Source: a virus (Duplodnaviria > Caudoviricetes). From it: a stretch of DNA of 51,831 nt. Shown here in pieces: positions 1-9,758 of the stretch. The translations under genes were made by a program, and so were the position numbers. Numbering within the stretch: position 1 is the first letter of the stretch; each line of letters starts with the position of its first letter. The notes beneath the pieces are model-generated. The model was not told the origin of the DNA and did not search any database. It saw only the letters and a list, made by a program, of their open reading frames with translations. The DNA lies in IMG/VR virus record IMGVR_UViG_3300012200_000007, positions 1 through 51,831 of that record; one strand, 5' to 3'.

Positions 1-88
1 GGAAGCGCTCACGGAAGCGTGCACGGAAGCGCTCACGGAATCGCTCACGGAATCGCGCACGGAATCGCGCACGGAAGCGCTCACGGAA
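1..88. repeat. 12-nt tandem repeat, mostly GGAA(T/G)CGC(T/G)CAC; identical to 51521..51608
   Basis: Direct comparison of the two window ends. Confidence 0.9.
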
Positions 89-303
89 CTATTCCGTAAA
101 AATCCAATCGTCAGCCATAGCGCCAATGGTGAAGTGCAAATCACTGGCTTAGGACATTCTTTTCCTACGATTCCATATAATTTCCGCAACGCATTGCACA
201 CCGAAACGCGATTCAATGGAGCAGTCGATAATCCAATATCTGTCCATTTTTTAACGTAATACGGAAAACGTTCGATCTGTTTATCTGTTAGTTTCGCAAT
301 CAT
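1..303 (-). CDS. N-terminal part of a DUF6745-like protein; continues across the circular junction into 50906..51831
   Basis: ATG at 303 overlaps the stop of the upstream ORF (ATGA). Reads MIAKLTDKQIERFPYYVKKWTDIGLST...SPLALWLTIGFLRNSSVSASVRDS and stays open to position 1 in the same S-V-x-D/A repeat as 50906..51820. Confidence 0.8.
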   Translation of the reverse strand, partial: MIAKLTDKQIERFPYYVKKWTDIGLSTAPLNRVSVCNALRKLYGIVGKECPKPVICTSPLALWLTIGFLRNSSVSASVRDSVRDSVSDSVSASVHASVSAS

Positions 304-551
304 ATTCTCAACTTCAACCCCGTCACCTTCCTCGCTACCCGCACCAGCAAAATTGCGGTCCCGAACCGAGGAGACCTGGACCGCTTCGGATCTCTCGAAA
401 GCCACGATTCAAGAGTCGGGCGCCATATCGGACGCTTTAGAACCAGATTCATTTCGCGCAGCAACTCGGCTACGGCACCCCGGTTCCGTTCGCAGTAACG
501 GCGGAGCGGTTCCAGGACTTCGGATTCAAGCTGGTCGGGATCGAGTTTCAT
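300..551 (-). CDS. small putative DNA-binding (Cro/HTH-like) protein
   Basis: Basic helical 83-aa ORF from MKLDPDQ, with a TLESWL...SPRFGTAILL pattern reminiscent of Cro-like proteins. Confidence 0.35.
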   Translation of the reverse strand: MKLDPDQLESEVLEPLRRYCERNRGAVAELLREMNLVLKRPIWRPTLESWLSRDPKRSRSPRFGTAILLVRVARKVTGLKLRI

Positions 552-735
552 CCATTTGAATCGTCTTAATTTTTTTCTCCGCATCGAAAACACTTGAACC
601 TGTGCGAATAATTTGCGCTCCGCACAACGGGCACATGAACATGTCACCCGGATAAACGTGTGCGTCACCGTAACGGACACCGAGCCCATTTTGTTCGCAA
701 CGCATCTCCCGGCGGCATTTGACGCAGATGATCAC
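526..735 (-). CDS. small Zn-ribbon protein
   Basis: CxxC...CPxC motifs. Confidence 0.55.
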   Translation of the reverse strand: MIICVKCRREMRCEQNGLGVRYGDAHVYPGDMFMCPLCGAQIIRTGSSVFDAEKKIKTIQMDETRSRPA

Positions 736-847
736 AACATTCCTTTCCTGACTGCCTCAGTTCTTTTCCGTTTCAAAAACGGTTTCAGTGCCTTGCTCAT
801 TACGCGCTGCCATTTCAGAGCGCATTTTTCCAACCGCTTTACGGGTT

Positions 848-1255
848 TCACAGCGGTTCCGTCTCCGGTCTTTTCTCCGCTTGCAGGATCGTGATTTCAA
901 TTCCGTCGAATTTCCCGTCATAGTCCCAATAGGAACAGTCCGAAGCCGAGCCGTCCCTGACCCAATTTGCGGAATACTTTTTCGCGAACGCTTTCCAGTT
1001 CCGGCCACGGTTCAGACTGGCGTGAATATAGACTCGGGCGACGGCGGGAGTGACCTGCATAATATCGGCGCATTCGAATAGTTCCGGGTTATCCGCCGCA
1101 ACACGCTTCAGCCGATCAAGGTTTGTCCGCGTGGCCGAAAGCTGCTCGGCGAATCGTTCGGATAGTTTTCCGTTTTGTTTCGCCGCGTTTTCGAGCGCGG
1201 CCTGCGCTTCACATTCTTCGGCTGCTGGCAACGGGGTTTCGATGATGTCGTTCAT
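848..1255 (-). CDS. hypothetical protein
   Basis: 135 aa, ATGA-coupled to the upstream ORF. Confidence 0.6.
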   Translation of the reverse strand: MNDIIETPLPAAEECEAQAALENAAKQNGKLSERFAEQLSATRTNLDRLKRVAADNPELFECADIMQVTPAVARVYIHASLNRGRNWKAFAKKYSANWVRDGSASDCSYWDYDGKFDGIEITILQAEKRPETEPL

Positions 1256-1458
1256 GCGACCTCGCTTTCCTTGCGTTCTGAAACTGGATAAATTACAAGG
1301 AAGTCCAAGCCCATCTCGGTTCCGTTTTTCTCGCCGCCGTTTTCAATCCGCTCGCGTTCGGAATCCGGCAACGCCCGGCTGAAATCAGCCCATTGTTTGT
1401 CCGCCTCGTCCGGCCGCAGCTTGGCTGCGGCGGCGAATGCTGTCAGGAATTCATTCAT
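1252..1458 (-). CDS. hypothetical protein, first gene after an early promoter
   Basis: AAACAAAACAAAATG start context. Confidence 0.6.
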   Translation of the reverse strand: MNEFLTAFAAAAKLRPDEADKQWADFSRALPDSERERIENGGEKNGTEMGLDFLVIYPVSERKESEVA

Positions 1459-1536
1459 TTTGTTTTGTTTCGGCCCGCCGGTTACTGGCCTGCGAACCTT
1501 ATGTAGTCAATGTAATGTATTTAAGAATCGGCGCAA
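1459..1536 (-). promoter_or_regulatory. early promoter/leader copy 1 (TTGCGC-16-TACATT, CCAGTAA-loop hairpin, A-rich start)
   Basis: Same architecture as 14249-14323 and 49414-49488. Confidence 0.7.
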
Positions 1537-1647
1537 CAACTTTCTGAAACTATTTTTTGGACTGCCGAGAACGCCAAAGGCAACGCTCCCAGCATTGCAC
1601 CTGCACCAGCGAACGGCGGCGCAACAAGTTTTTGAAACTATTTTTTG
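1529..1647. repeat. 31-bp direct repeat (1529-1559 and 1617-1647, 29/31 identical)
   Basis: cggcgcaacaa(c/g)ttt(c/t)tgaaactattttttg occurs twice. Confidence 0.8.
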
Positions 1648-1832
1648 ACTACCGGGTCTCGCTTGCTATCGCTGTAAGTCCGGTTGCATCGGGTGTCGGA
1701 CTTATTGACGTTGCCACTGTAATCCCAACACAACCGGAAACGCAAACGCAGCGCATGGCTGGCATAGCATTGCGTCCATTAGTTCAACCATACCCACTCA
1801 ATCCTCTCAAGCAGGCTCGCCGCGTTCGCAAA

Positions 1833-2030
1833 TTATTCCGCGCCGCTCATGGTGTCCGCCGCGCTCATTCGTTTTTCCAATGGATGCTCTGGCCGTGATG
1901 AACAATAACAGCACGGATCACCGCATTTTGATTCAAGCCATTGATTGCACTTCGGACAGTAATACGCATCGTGCTTTTCAGATCGCTCGGCTTTCTCGCC
2001 GCACACATGACAGACTATCAAGCCTTTCAT
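1833..2030 (-). CDS. Cys-rich Zn-finger hypothetical protein
   Basis: CxxC, YCPKCNQWLExKCGDPxCxYC. Confidence 0.65.
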   Translation of the reverse strand: MKGLIVCHVCGEKAERSEKHDAYYCPKCNQWLESKCGDPCCYCSSRPEHPLEKRMSAADTMSGAE

Positions 2031-2260
2031 TGGTAATCATTTTCCCAATACAGCGGTTCACTTTCCCGGTTCTCGTTCCACAGCGTCACGACCCGCGCTT
2101 CGGTTCCTTGAGGAATTGGTGCGTTGCACAAATCGCACTGACAATCTTTTGTCAAAGCCTGGATGCGATGCACTCGCCGCTTCCATCCGTTCGCTGAATC
2201 TTCATCGGGCAACAGTTCCAGTGACCGGAAACAATTCAGACATTCGATTTTGCGGATCAT
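2027..2260 (-). CDS. Cys-rich hypothetical protein
   Basis: Two CxxC motifs; overlaps both neighbours by 4 nt. Confidence 0.55.
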   Translation of the reverse strand: MIRKIECLNCFRSLELLPDEDSANGWKRRVHRIQALTKDCQCDLCNAPIPQGTEARVVTLWNENRESEPLYWENDYQ

Positions 2261-2670
2261 AAAAGACTCTCCACAACAGCCCGCGCTTCGTCGAGTGAAT
2301 GAACAACTTTTACAGCCCATCCATCGGACGACAGCCCGGCCATGACGCGCCGCTGATCTTCTGTCGGTTCACAACCGGGCAACTTCGCTTCCAAAGCAAC
2401 AGCTCGACCTTTAACGGCAAACGTAATGTCGGGCCAGCCAATCGTTGCTGTCAGGCGCCGATCCATTCGGGACCATAAGACCGTCACATTCCGAAGCCGC
2501 AACCACGAAACAATCTGGTTCTGTAATTCCTTCTCGCGTTTCAGATACGACTTGGCCACGGACTTCGCAGCGAGTTCTGAGATCGGCGGCGGAAGTCCGG
2601 CTGTCTTCCGGTCGGCGGGCGAAACACGGGCAAGCAGCCAGTCGGACAGCATGGATCGCTCAATTCCCAT
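2257..2670 (-). CDS. VRR-NUC family nuclease (putative resolvase)
   Basis: EKELQ...GWPDI...ALEAK...PTEDQ...GWAVKVVHS PD-(D/E)xK pattern. Confidence 0.8.
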   Translation of the reverse strand: MGIERSMLSDWLLARVSPADRKTAGLPPPISELAAKSVAKSYLKREKELQNQIVSWLRLRNVTVLWSRMDRRLTATIGWPDITFAVKGRAVALEAKLPGCEPTEDQRRVMAGLSSDGWAVKVVHSLDEARAVVESLL

Positions 2671-2912
2671 TTGTCAAAATTCTGGCGCTGGCGTTTTTGA
2701 AGTCATCGAGGTTCACGGATATTCTCGCAGCATTTCTTTTCCGCAAGCACGACAAGTAATCAAAACGCATTTTAGTTTCGATGCTCGCTCCAATGCCTGG
2801 AAAACTGTTTGAGTAGCCATCACTCCATACCATTTCCTCCCATTCCATTTCCAAAGCTGATAACCCAACTCACAGACTGTTTCACACTTGCAGGATATAG
2901 CCGTTCGTTTCT

Positions 2913-3170
2913 TCACGAAGTCTTGTTCAGTGTGTTGGATACTTCGGCAATTTGATCCGTTGACGGTGTTGCAATTTCAATGTCTCCAGAATCCATTTTT
3001 CGGAAACAGCCAAGGCATACAACACTGCAATTGTTTGCTGCGGCGGCTGTAATGCTGGCCAAACTGATCCACACCTCAACTTTGCAAATCTCACATGCGC
3101 GCGTCACGCTGCCGTTTATTGCGGGCACAGGACTGACGGATTTCGCCTGGCAAATTATGATGTTGTTCAC
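2913..3170 (-). CDS. Zn-binding hypothetical protein
   Basis: Two CxxC motifs; coupled to neighbours. Confidence 0.5.
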   Translation of the reverse strand: MNNIIICQAKSVSPVPAINGSVTRACEICKVEVWISLASITAAAANNCSVVCLGCFRKMDSGDIEIATPSTDQIAEVSNTLNKTS

Positions 3171-3475
3171 GTGTCAAGTTTGTCCGCCAACAGTTTGAGG
3201 CATGTTATGCCGCACACATCCCATTCGTTTTCTTGCTTGAGTTCGCGCAGACTCGTTCCGCCGCCTATCCTTTGAATCACAAACCATCCGCTATGTGAAT
3301 GTCCTCCAAGCATCATTTCGCCTTCATCGCTCACACGCTTCTTGCACACGTCACAGATTCGGACTGTCTCTTTTAGTTTCATGTCATCAACACTCCCGCC
3401 ACTCCATTCCGATACGGGCACGAATTCTGTTCGCCAAACAGACACGCGCAATTCAGGTCTCGGCAGGTCGTGCAC
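3167..3475 (-). CDS. Zn-binding hypothetical protein (true start may be internal)
   Basis: CDVC...DVCGITC pattern common in small phage ORFs. Confidence 0.5.
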   Translation of the reverse strand: MHDLPRPELRVSVWRTEFVPVSEWSGGSVDDMKLKETVRICDVCKKRVSDEGEMMLGGHSHSGWFVIQRIGGGTSLRELKQENEWDVCGITCLKLLADKLDT

Positions 3476-3554
3476 CGTTTGTCATCCGGCTTGTCCGATA
3501 TTTCGGTCAGGCCACGGCCCCACAACGTCAGTTTTTCGTCGTCAGGTTCGAGGT

Positions 3555-3974
3555 TCATTTCAGAATCGTTCTTTGTTTCGGCCCGACCATGATTGCCAGT
3601 GGTGTGGGCAGCTTTTCGACAAGCGGCCTCCACAAATGCAAACAGCCTTGGTGAAAATTCACGTATTCAGATTTTGCTGGATGGAACTGGCAAACCCAGT
3701 CCTCCGGTTCCCAAAACAAATCTTTGATGTAGCACATGATCGTCCAGCGCGGCGGGTGTTTGTCGTATTCGATTGAGACGCTAACATGTTGCCATTTCCA
3801 TTCCGGTCCTTCCGCATCGGTGCCGTCCGAAGCGATACAACGAATAATTTTTCCTTCGTGCGGGATGCGAAACAAACCATTGAATCCGTAGCTGTCATCC
3901 GACAAATACATTTCCGGCACAGTCGGCAGGATAACCCGGCAACGATGTTTATTTAGAAATTTCCAATCGCTCAT
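3555..3974 (-). CDS. conserved phage hypothetical protein
   Basis: WQHVSVS...PRWxxMCxIKDLFW...QFHPAKSEYVNFHxxCLHLWRP, a widespread phage family signature. Confidence 0.75.
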   Translation of the reverse strand: MSDWKFLNKHRCRVILPTVPEMYLSDDSYGFNGLFRIPHEGKIIRCIASDGTDAEGPEWKWQHVSVSIEYDKHPPRWTIMCYIKDLFWEPEDWVCQFHPAKSEYVNFHQGCLHLWRPLVEKLPTPLAIMVGPKQRTILK

Positions 3975-4001
3975 CGCATCCGCTCCGGTAACGGCTCAAG
4001 T

Positions 4002-4394
4002 TCAGGTCTCATTTTGTTTTGTTCCTTCTACGCATTTTGTTGCCCGCTCAAAATCGTTCCAGCATCCGACTTCACAAATCAATCCGAGTGCCCGAGCGTA
4101 CATGATGTTTGAGTGAATCCACACGCTTCCTTGCTGACTCACGGCCAGCCATCCAGGTTCCCACAACAGTAACCGCCCAATGCGGCCGAATTTGTGGTGC
4201 ACCTGCGAACTTGGAATCATCTGCGGCGGCACCTGCGCCAGCCCCCAGGCACAAAACGGATTTGCCTCAAGAAACAGATTCTTGGCTTTTATGTAGGCCC
4301 GCCGTTCCTTGCGGCGCTTGTCGGAAATTGGATTCACCGATCGGTAACGCACCAGAGCGCGGCCGCCGTGGGTCATGGTTTTTAGTCCGCTCAT
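4002..4394 (-). CDS. HNH-like small nuclease
   Basis: FLEANPFC...QVHHKFGR...WLAVS...WIH. Confidence 0.55.
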   Translation of the reverse strand: MSGLKTMTHGGRALVRYRSVNPISDKRRKERRAYIKAKNLFLEANPFCAWGLAQVPPQMIPSSQVHHKFGRIGRLLLWEPGWLAVSQQGSVWIHSNIMYARALGLICEVGCWNDFERATKCVEGTKQNET

Positions 4395-4597
4395 AAAGTT
4401 CTGAAACCGAGCAAAGGAAGTTCCTGCGCTTTCAATCCGTGCAACGCGATAAAATGCCGCGGCACCAGGTAGGTTTTGTCGCCGCACGAAACCGGAATCG
4501 TCGGGCCAAGCTCGCGAACAAATTTTTCAACCATTGCTCTGACTTGTTCCGATGAATAGTGCAATGGTTTGCCGCACCAGCAAAGTTCGTCGGTCAT
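4391..4597 (-). CDS. hypothetical protein
   Basis: Coupled ORF with LCWCGKPLHY. Confidence 0.55.
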   Translation of the reverse strand: MTDELCWCGKPLHYSSEQVRAMVEKFVRELGPTIPVSCGDKTYLVPRHFIALHGLKAQELPLLGFRTL

Positions 4598-5319
4598 AAC
4601 ACGCTCGTGTTCAGATGCCAGCCTATAAGGAACGTGACGCGCTTGTGCTCGCGGTAACCGGGCGGTCGAGGATCAATGATGCGCGCCAGAATCATCGGGT
4701 CGCCTTTGTGATCTTCAGGCAGAATTCCGAACTCATCGAAAATGTTCAGCGCCATCGCGCGCGAAGTCGCTTCCATGATCTGCGGTTTAGCCATCGTCAG
4801 TGGAAAATCAATGTCCTCATTGATACTGTCGGCCCGCCATTTCGTGACGGCGTTTCCTTTGTCGTCCCGGTCACTCACAGGTCTAACCAACGGAACGGGA
4901 TTAACCCACCTACCTTCGCCTTCGGGCAACGACTTCGCTTCGGTGTCCGGCACCTGGCTCTGATACGTCACAATGGAATACGGCACCGACTTCCGGTCCG
5001 TCCTGACGGCGAACAACTGCAACGGCATGTTCGGAATGATCGTGTAACCGGCCTCAAGCGCGTGAAGCATTTTCGAGTAGTATTCCGCGCGTTTGCCGAA
5101 CATGTCGGCCATGCGCTTGAACGGAGCACTTCGGAATTTGCTCTTGAGCGCGTGTTGAAAGTTTTCCTCGCTCTCGGCCTGCTCGCGTTTCATCAGCGCG
5201 ACCTTCCGTTTGCACCAGTCGATGAGCGCGTTCTGGCAGAGTGTGAACTCCTCCGGCATGATGGCTGTCAACGAGAGATTGCCGCCTTCGGTTTGTTGGA
5301 CTGCTTGTTCTGTGTTCAT
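4594..5319 (-). CDS. hypothetical protein
   Basis: Long GC3-rich ORF; start uncertain. Confidence 0.7.
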   Translation of the reverse strand: MNTEQAVQQTEGGNLSLTAIMPEEFTLCQNALIDWCKRKVALMKREQAESEENFQHALKSKFRSAPFKRMADMFGKRAEYYSKMLHALEAGYTIIPNMPLQLFAVRTDRKSVPYSIVTYQSQVPDTEAKSLPEGEGRWVNPVPLVRPVSDRDDKGNAVTKWRADSINEDIDFPLTMAKPQIMEATSRAMALNIFDEFGILPEDHKGDPMILARIIDPRPPGYREHKRVTFLIGWHLNTSVL

Positions 5320-5692
5320 AATTTCATCCATGGTTCTTGTAGATCGCTCGCCACTCGTCATATCCAGGCGGCGGAAGCATGTCTTCGAAGTCCAGAATCG
5401 AAAAACGTATACCCAACGAAAAAGCGACTGGTCCAGCAGCAAGATGCGGGAAGTTCTTGATCCTGCGCCTGACGGATTTTGGTTTTCGTGTCATTCGCAC
5501 TCTCTCAAAAATTTCCGTCGTTCATTTCCTGTTCGATGCGTTCGATTTCTTCGTGCAACGTTGAGGCAATTTTTTCAGCCGTCCAATCTGGATTGTGCCG
5601 TTTCATCCATGCCGCTATAGAATCCATTTCGATTGCAAGCCGCAAAGGACAATAAGGCTGCTTGCCCTCAAAAATATCTGTATCTTTGACGT

Positions 5693-5902
5693 TCAATCCG
5701 CAGCTCTCCTGAACTCCGCTGCCCTCATCCGCAAGGCGACAGCAAGAGCCTCCGTCAGCTTTGATTCCGGGCATTCTGGATTGACGATGTTCTGCGCGAT
5801 CCAGAAACAAATCGTCTGCGGCGCCGACAAGTCCCGGCCTCGAAGCGCGAATACTTCTTCGTCGTCAGCGATTTTTTCGAGTGCGGTTTTTTTGGTGCTC
5901 AT
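5693..5902 (-). CDS. conserved small phage protein
   Basis: DEEVFALRGRDLSAP motif typical of a common phage family. Confidence 0.6.
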   Translation of the reverse strand: MSTKKTALEKIADDEEVFALRGRDLSAPQTICFWIAQNIVNPECPESKLTEALAVALRMRAAEFRRAAD

Positions 5903-6036
5903 AATTTTCACGCGCGAATATGGCAGAGGCAACGCAGAGAACTCTATCTACTGGGCACTTCGTCATCATGCATTGATGGGTCCAGTTGCCGGCCTCGTTT
6001 GGGCCGTCTGGAGTTTGTTTGTAACCAAGCGCCCTC

Positions 6037-6384
6037 CTACGTCCCTTCCCGCAACGCCGCCCGCTGCTCTCGGGTGTGATGTTTCCCGTTCCCGTTAATC
6101 CGCGCCGCCAGCTTTGGCAGTACTTCCATATCCAACAGGTAGTTCCGAGCCTGACGCAGATGCCAACAGCGCAGACTGTCTGACGGTTCCGCGCCGGCCC
6201 GCAACAGTTTCATTGCCTTGCGACCTTTCACGTAATCGTCGCAATCGCAACGCCCGTTAAAATCGAACGCGCCAAGATCCACAACGTAGCTCACTCGGCT
6301 ATCTGTCCGGCTGCGAACGTGGAACCGAAGTAACTCGCCATTGATCGGCGTCACGAACGGGAACCGCTGTCGCTCAGGTCGCAT
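6037..6384 (-). CDS. SWIM-type Zn-finger protein
   Basis: YVVDL...CDCDDY...CWHL. Confidence 0.6.
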   Translation of the reverse strand: MRPERQRFPFVTPINGELLRFHVRSRTDSRVSYVVDLGAFDFNGRCDCDDYVKGRKAMKLLRAGAEPSDSLRCWHLRQARNYLLDMEVLPKLAARINGNGKHHTREQRAALREGT

Positions 6385-6923
6385 TGTTTTGTTTTGGTCG
6401 AATTGTCAGCATCAAGCCATTCATAAACCTCATGCCCTTCGACCAGCGGAACGGGTTCAGTTTCATCCATTGTGCTTCCGCAATGCGGACAGGTTTTGTG
6501 ACGATACCAGATGTTTTCGCTAACGGATGTTCCGTGCAATCCGATCGCCTCGACACCGCTGTTTTCTTCCAGCCATTTCGCCCACGCCGGCAAATGATCC
6601 ACGCCTTCGGATGGATGCTTTATGACAAACGAGCGCAAGTCGGAAACGAATCTTCCGAAGTGTTCCCTGCGGACATAGAAATTATCAAACGTGAAAGCGT
6701 GGACAGCTCGCTCGAACATCGGCAAATCTTTTCGCGTGGCAAGATTCCACAACCTCTGATCGTTTCCATTGTTACTGAGCCACGAATCGTATTGGTGTTC
6801 TTTTGGAACATAGGCGGCAAAAAGTGAATTCCAAATTCTTGCCGGCCCACCCCAGGCATTTCGGTATTCGATACCGCCATCCGCTTTTCCATCTTTGAAA
6901 ACTATCAATTTGCAGTAGCTCAT
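6351..6923 (-). CDS. hypothetical protein with C-terminal CPxC
   Basis: 190-aa ORF with an A-rich upstream context. Confidence 0.65.
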   Translation of the reverse strand: MSYCKLIVFKDGKADGGIEYRNAWGGPARIWNSLFAAYVPKEHQYDSWLSNNGNDQRLWNLATRKDLPMFERAVHAFTFDNFYVRREHFGRFVSDLRSFVIKHPSEGVDHLPAWAKWLEENSGVEAIGLHGTSVSENIWYRHKTCPHCGSTMDETEPVPLVEGHEVYEWLDADNSTKTKQCDLSDSGSRS

Positions 6924-7176
6924 AAGTCATCATTTTGTTTTGTTCACCGCGCTCCCGATGGCATCAGGTTTCAGTGGGGCCCAAACACACTGGCCATCCC
7001 GGCCGCATTATTTGCAATCGCCAAACACTCTGGGCAATCCGGTTTTTGAAAGTTAATACCAAGCGGCAAAATAACGAAGTAACCGCATTTGGTTCGGACA
7101 TTATTCGTGCCTTCCTCGGGTTTCGAGCCACCATCGATAACACACCACCCTTCCCGATGCCGAACGCACCATTGTT

Positions 7177-7800
7177 TCACAACTCCACCTCCCTCGCGAA
7201 CCTGCCCGCCGCGCTCTTGGGTTGCGGTGTTTCCGGTTCCTGTTCCGGTATCACGCCCACCTGCAACAATCGCCCTCTTCTTTTCCCTATCGCATTGAAA
7301 AGCGTGTTCAAATCGTTCGTCATTTCCAAGCACAGTTCCATCGGCTCATTGCGGGCCACCGACACGAAAAACATCGTTAGCGTTTGCGCGTTGTCATCCC
7401 GCTCGATGACCTGGATACAGTCTCCATTTCGGAAAACCATCCGGCATGTCTCCAGGAGCAATCGTTTGATGCCGGCCCGGTCCCAATTCCTGTCCGGCTT
7501 GAAACCCCACGTTGAAGGCGCGTCGGAATCTTCCAATCGTTCCGCTTCGATTGCATTCAACCGGATGAGCAGTTTATTTTTTGATCCGATGGCCTGGACG
7601 ATTCGCGTTAGAGCTTTGAAATGCGCCCCGCCTTTGCCGATGATCCGAGGAGCATCTTCCGCGTGGCACTCGATTGATACCGACACCAAAGACGCAACCG
7701 GCTTCACTTTCACGAACAAATCTTTTTCGCGCTGTGCCAGGTGAGTGACCAGTCCGGTGATGAACGCATGGAGTCTGACCGTGAGTTGGGAAACGTTCAT
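7177..7800 (-). CDS. KH-domain RNA-binding protein (KhpA-like N-terminus, possible second degenerate KH)
   Basis: EDAPRIIGKGGAHFKALTRIV GxxG loop; repeated AIGSK/AIGKR C-terminal helices. Confidence 0.75.
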   Translation of the reverse strand: MNVSQLTVRLHAFITGLVTHLAQREKDLFVKVKPVASLVSVSIECHAEDAPRIIGKGGAHFKALTRIVQAIGSKNKLLIRLNAIEAERLEDSDAPSTWGFKPDRNWDRAGIKRLLLETCRMVFRNGDCIQVIERDDNAQTLTMFFVSVARNEPMELCLEMTNDLNTLFNAIGKRRGRLLQVGVIPEQEPETPQPKSAAGRFAREVEL

Positions 7801-7813
7801 TGTGATTCCTGAT

Positions 7814-8089
7814 TCATGCGCTGAAATGGTTAGACATTTCCGCATTGTGATCTTCGCGGATTGCTTCGAGAGCTTTCATCACGACTGGCACGATGGTTAA
7901 ATGACAATCACAGCCGACAATCCCGCACGGTTTAACTTCCCGGAACTGCCGCCAGTATTCCTCGCTCATATTTCCGACTACGTTTCCGATAATGCCGCCA
8001 AAAAAAGTTTGGAACTCGCGAGGCGTAGCGATATTGGCGACTGCGGTAAGCGCCGACACAATTTCTCGTTGAGCTTCGTCGGCATTCAC
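7814..8089 (-). CDS. hypothetical protein
   Basis: PCGxxGCDCH motif; GTG start coupled to a mini-ORF. Confidence 0.55.
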   Translation of the reverse strand: MNADEAQREIVSALTAVANIATPREFQTFFGGIIGNVVGNMSEEYWRQFREVKPCGIVGCDCHLTIVPVVMKALEAIREDHNAEMSNHFSA

Positions 8090-8459
8090 GAATTCACACC
8101 ATTCTTCATTTTGTTTTGTTGAGCGAACCTAAACCGCAACCGCCCGCTTCGTCAAATCAATTTCCAGCCCGCCGCAGCTCACCCGGCACACACCGGGGAG
8201 CGAATGCTTTCTTTTCATTCTGTTTTGCGGCGGACTGAAATTCATTCCGATTTCTTGAATTCACTTATCCATTTTTCCAAACAATCCAAACTGCAAAAGT
8301 CTTTCGTTTGAGCGGTTGGAAGTTTCGCCAGTTTTGATTTCAAATAAAAGGTCAGATGAATTTGCTCCGTTTCATCTCCCTCCCGGTCCATCATTATTGC
8401 CAGTTCGCTGCGTTTCGGTTTCTGTTTTTTGCACTGGTCGCACTGGATCATTTCGATTG

Positions 8460-8654
8460 TCATTGAATTCCTTTCAGAGCGGCCTTCAGAAGTGTTTGGC
8501 GCATCCATTTTGATTTGTCCGTGCCAGCGGACCTCGACGCTTTTTTAATGGCATCCAGTTCGGAAACGTTCAGCTTTAGGACGGCCATGAACTTACGGAC
8601 GCGTCCCATCGGCAGAGGCGGCCGACCCATTCTTGTCTTTAACTGCTTTGCCAT
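8460..8654 (-). CDS. ribbon-helix-helix-like DNA-binding protein
   Basis: MGRPPL...LKLNxSELxAIKKAS...SKWMRQTLL. Confidence 0.6.
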   Translation of the reverse strand: MAKQLKTRMGRPPLPMGRVRKFMAVLKLNVSELDAIKKASRSAGTDKSKWMRQTLLKAALKGIQ

Positions 8655-8879
8655 GTTTTGTTTTGTTTGACCATCAGCACCGCGCTCTTAAGCCGGTGCA
8701 AATATTCGATCCGTTCCGCAAGCGCAATCAATCGCCGTTCCTGTTCCAGCCTGAGCGCATAATAATTTCCACGTCGCCAGTGACACCTGTTCAGCCGGTC
8801 GAACTTGTTGGTTGCCGAAACAATTTCAGAATTCAAACCGCGCACTCGCTCCGATTCACCTAGCAGCGATGCGGCCGTT

Positions 8880-9671
8880 TCAAGAGGAGGAAGGGTTTCG
8901 CCAGATGGTTTCATGCAATATGGTTTCGATCATTTGTCTTGTGCCACCCATTTGAACAAATTCGCGCGTGTCTTTCGCCGGCAAAACCAGCAACGCACAC
9001 GGCAACCCGATTTCCGACGCCAACCGTTGCGCCCCTTGAATACCCGGCTTGTCGTTATCAGCTAAAATCACTGCGCGACGAACACCCTTCCATTTGAACA
9101 ATGCCTTCAGGTGCTCAGTCCCGCCCAAACACGACGGTCGCCCAACCGCGTAGAGTCCGATGCTGATGGCTGCCGCGGTATCAGTCGGACCCTCACAAAC
9201 AAATCCAGTCTGCGCTGCCGGATAGGACGAACAGAACAGCCCTTGCTTCGATCCGCGAACGGCCCACTTTCTACCGGCATCGTTCCTTAACCTGATCCCA
9301 ATGACAGCCCATTCCCCATTCCTCATCGGCCACGCCCACGCCCGATACGGTTCTGCCCAAGCACACCCCATGGCCTCCAAAGCCTCCACCTTGACCCCCA
9401 GCGTGGCCGCAAATGCCGCAAGCCCGTTCCTTGTCCAACCTGCCAACAGGCCGACAAAGTCCTTTGTGGGCGAATCTGGCTGGTGTTGAACAGGCCGGTT
9501 GACTGGTAGGTCTCCGACTGGATGCAACCAGCCGCCATTCTTGCATGGCTTGTCGCTGGCGACTCTCATGCAGTTGATCCAACGTTCACCACTAGCACAC
9601 CAGTCTGGTTTGTGGCACACCGGACAGGGCTGCAATCTCGTTACGCGAATCCAGTTTTGGTGTTCGATCAC
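8880..9671 (-). CDS. primase-like protein (Zn finger plus Toprim domain)
   Basis: CPVCHKPDWC, VCEGPTD, ILADNDKPG, KD. Confidence 0.85.
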   Translation of the reverse strand: MIEHQNWIRVTRLQPCPVCHKPDWCASGERWINCMRVASDKPCKNGGWLHPVGDLPVNRPVQHQPDSPTKDFVGLLAGWTRNGLAAFAATLGVKVEALEAMGCAWAEPYRAWAWPMRNGEWAVIGIRLRNDAGRKWAVRGSKQGLFCSSYPAAQTGFVCEGPTDTAAAISIGLYAVGRPSCLGGTEHLKALFKWKGVRRAVILADNDKPGIQGAQRLASEIGLPCALLVLPAKDTREFVQMGGTRQMIETILHETIWRNPSSS

Positions 9672-9758
9672 GATTTTTTACGATTTTTATTTACTTCGAA
9701 TTTCGGGCATAACATAAGTACGTCATGTCAGTTGATGGTGTTGTGTAGGAGTCGTCAG

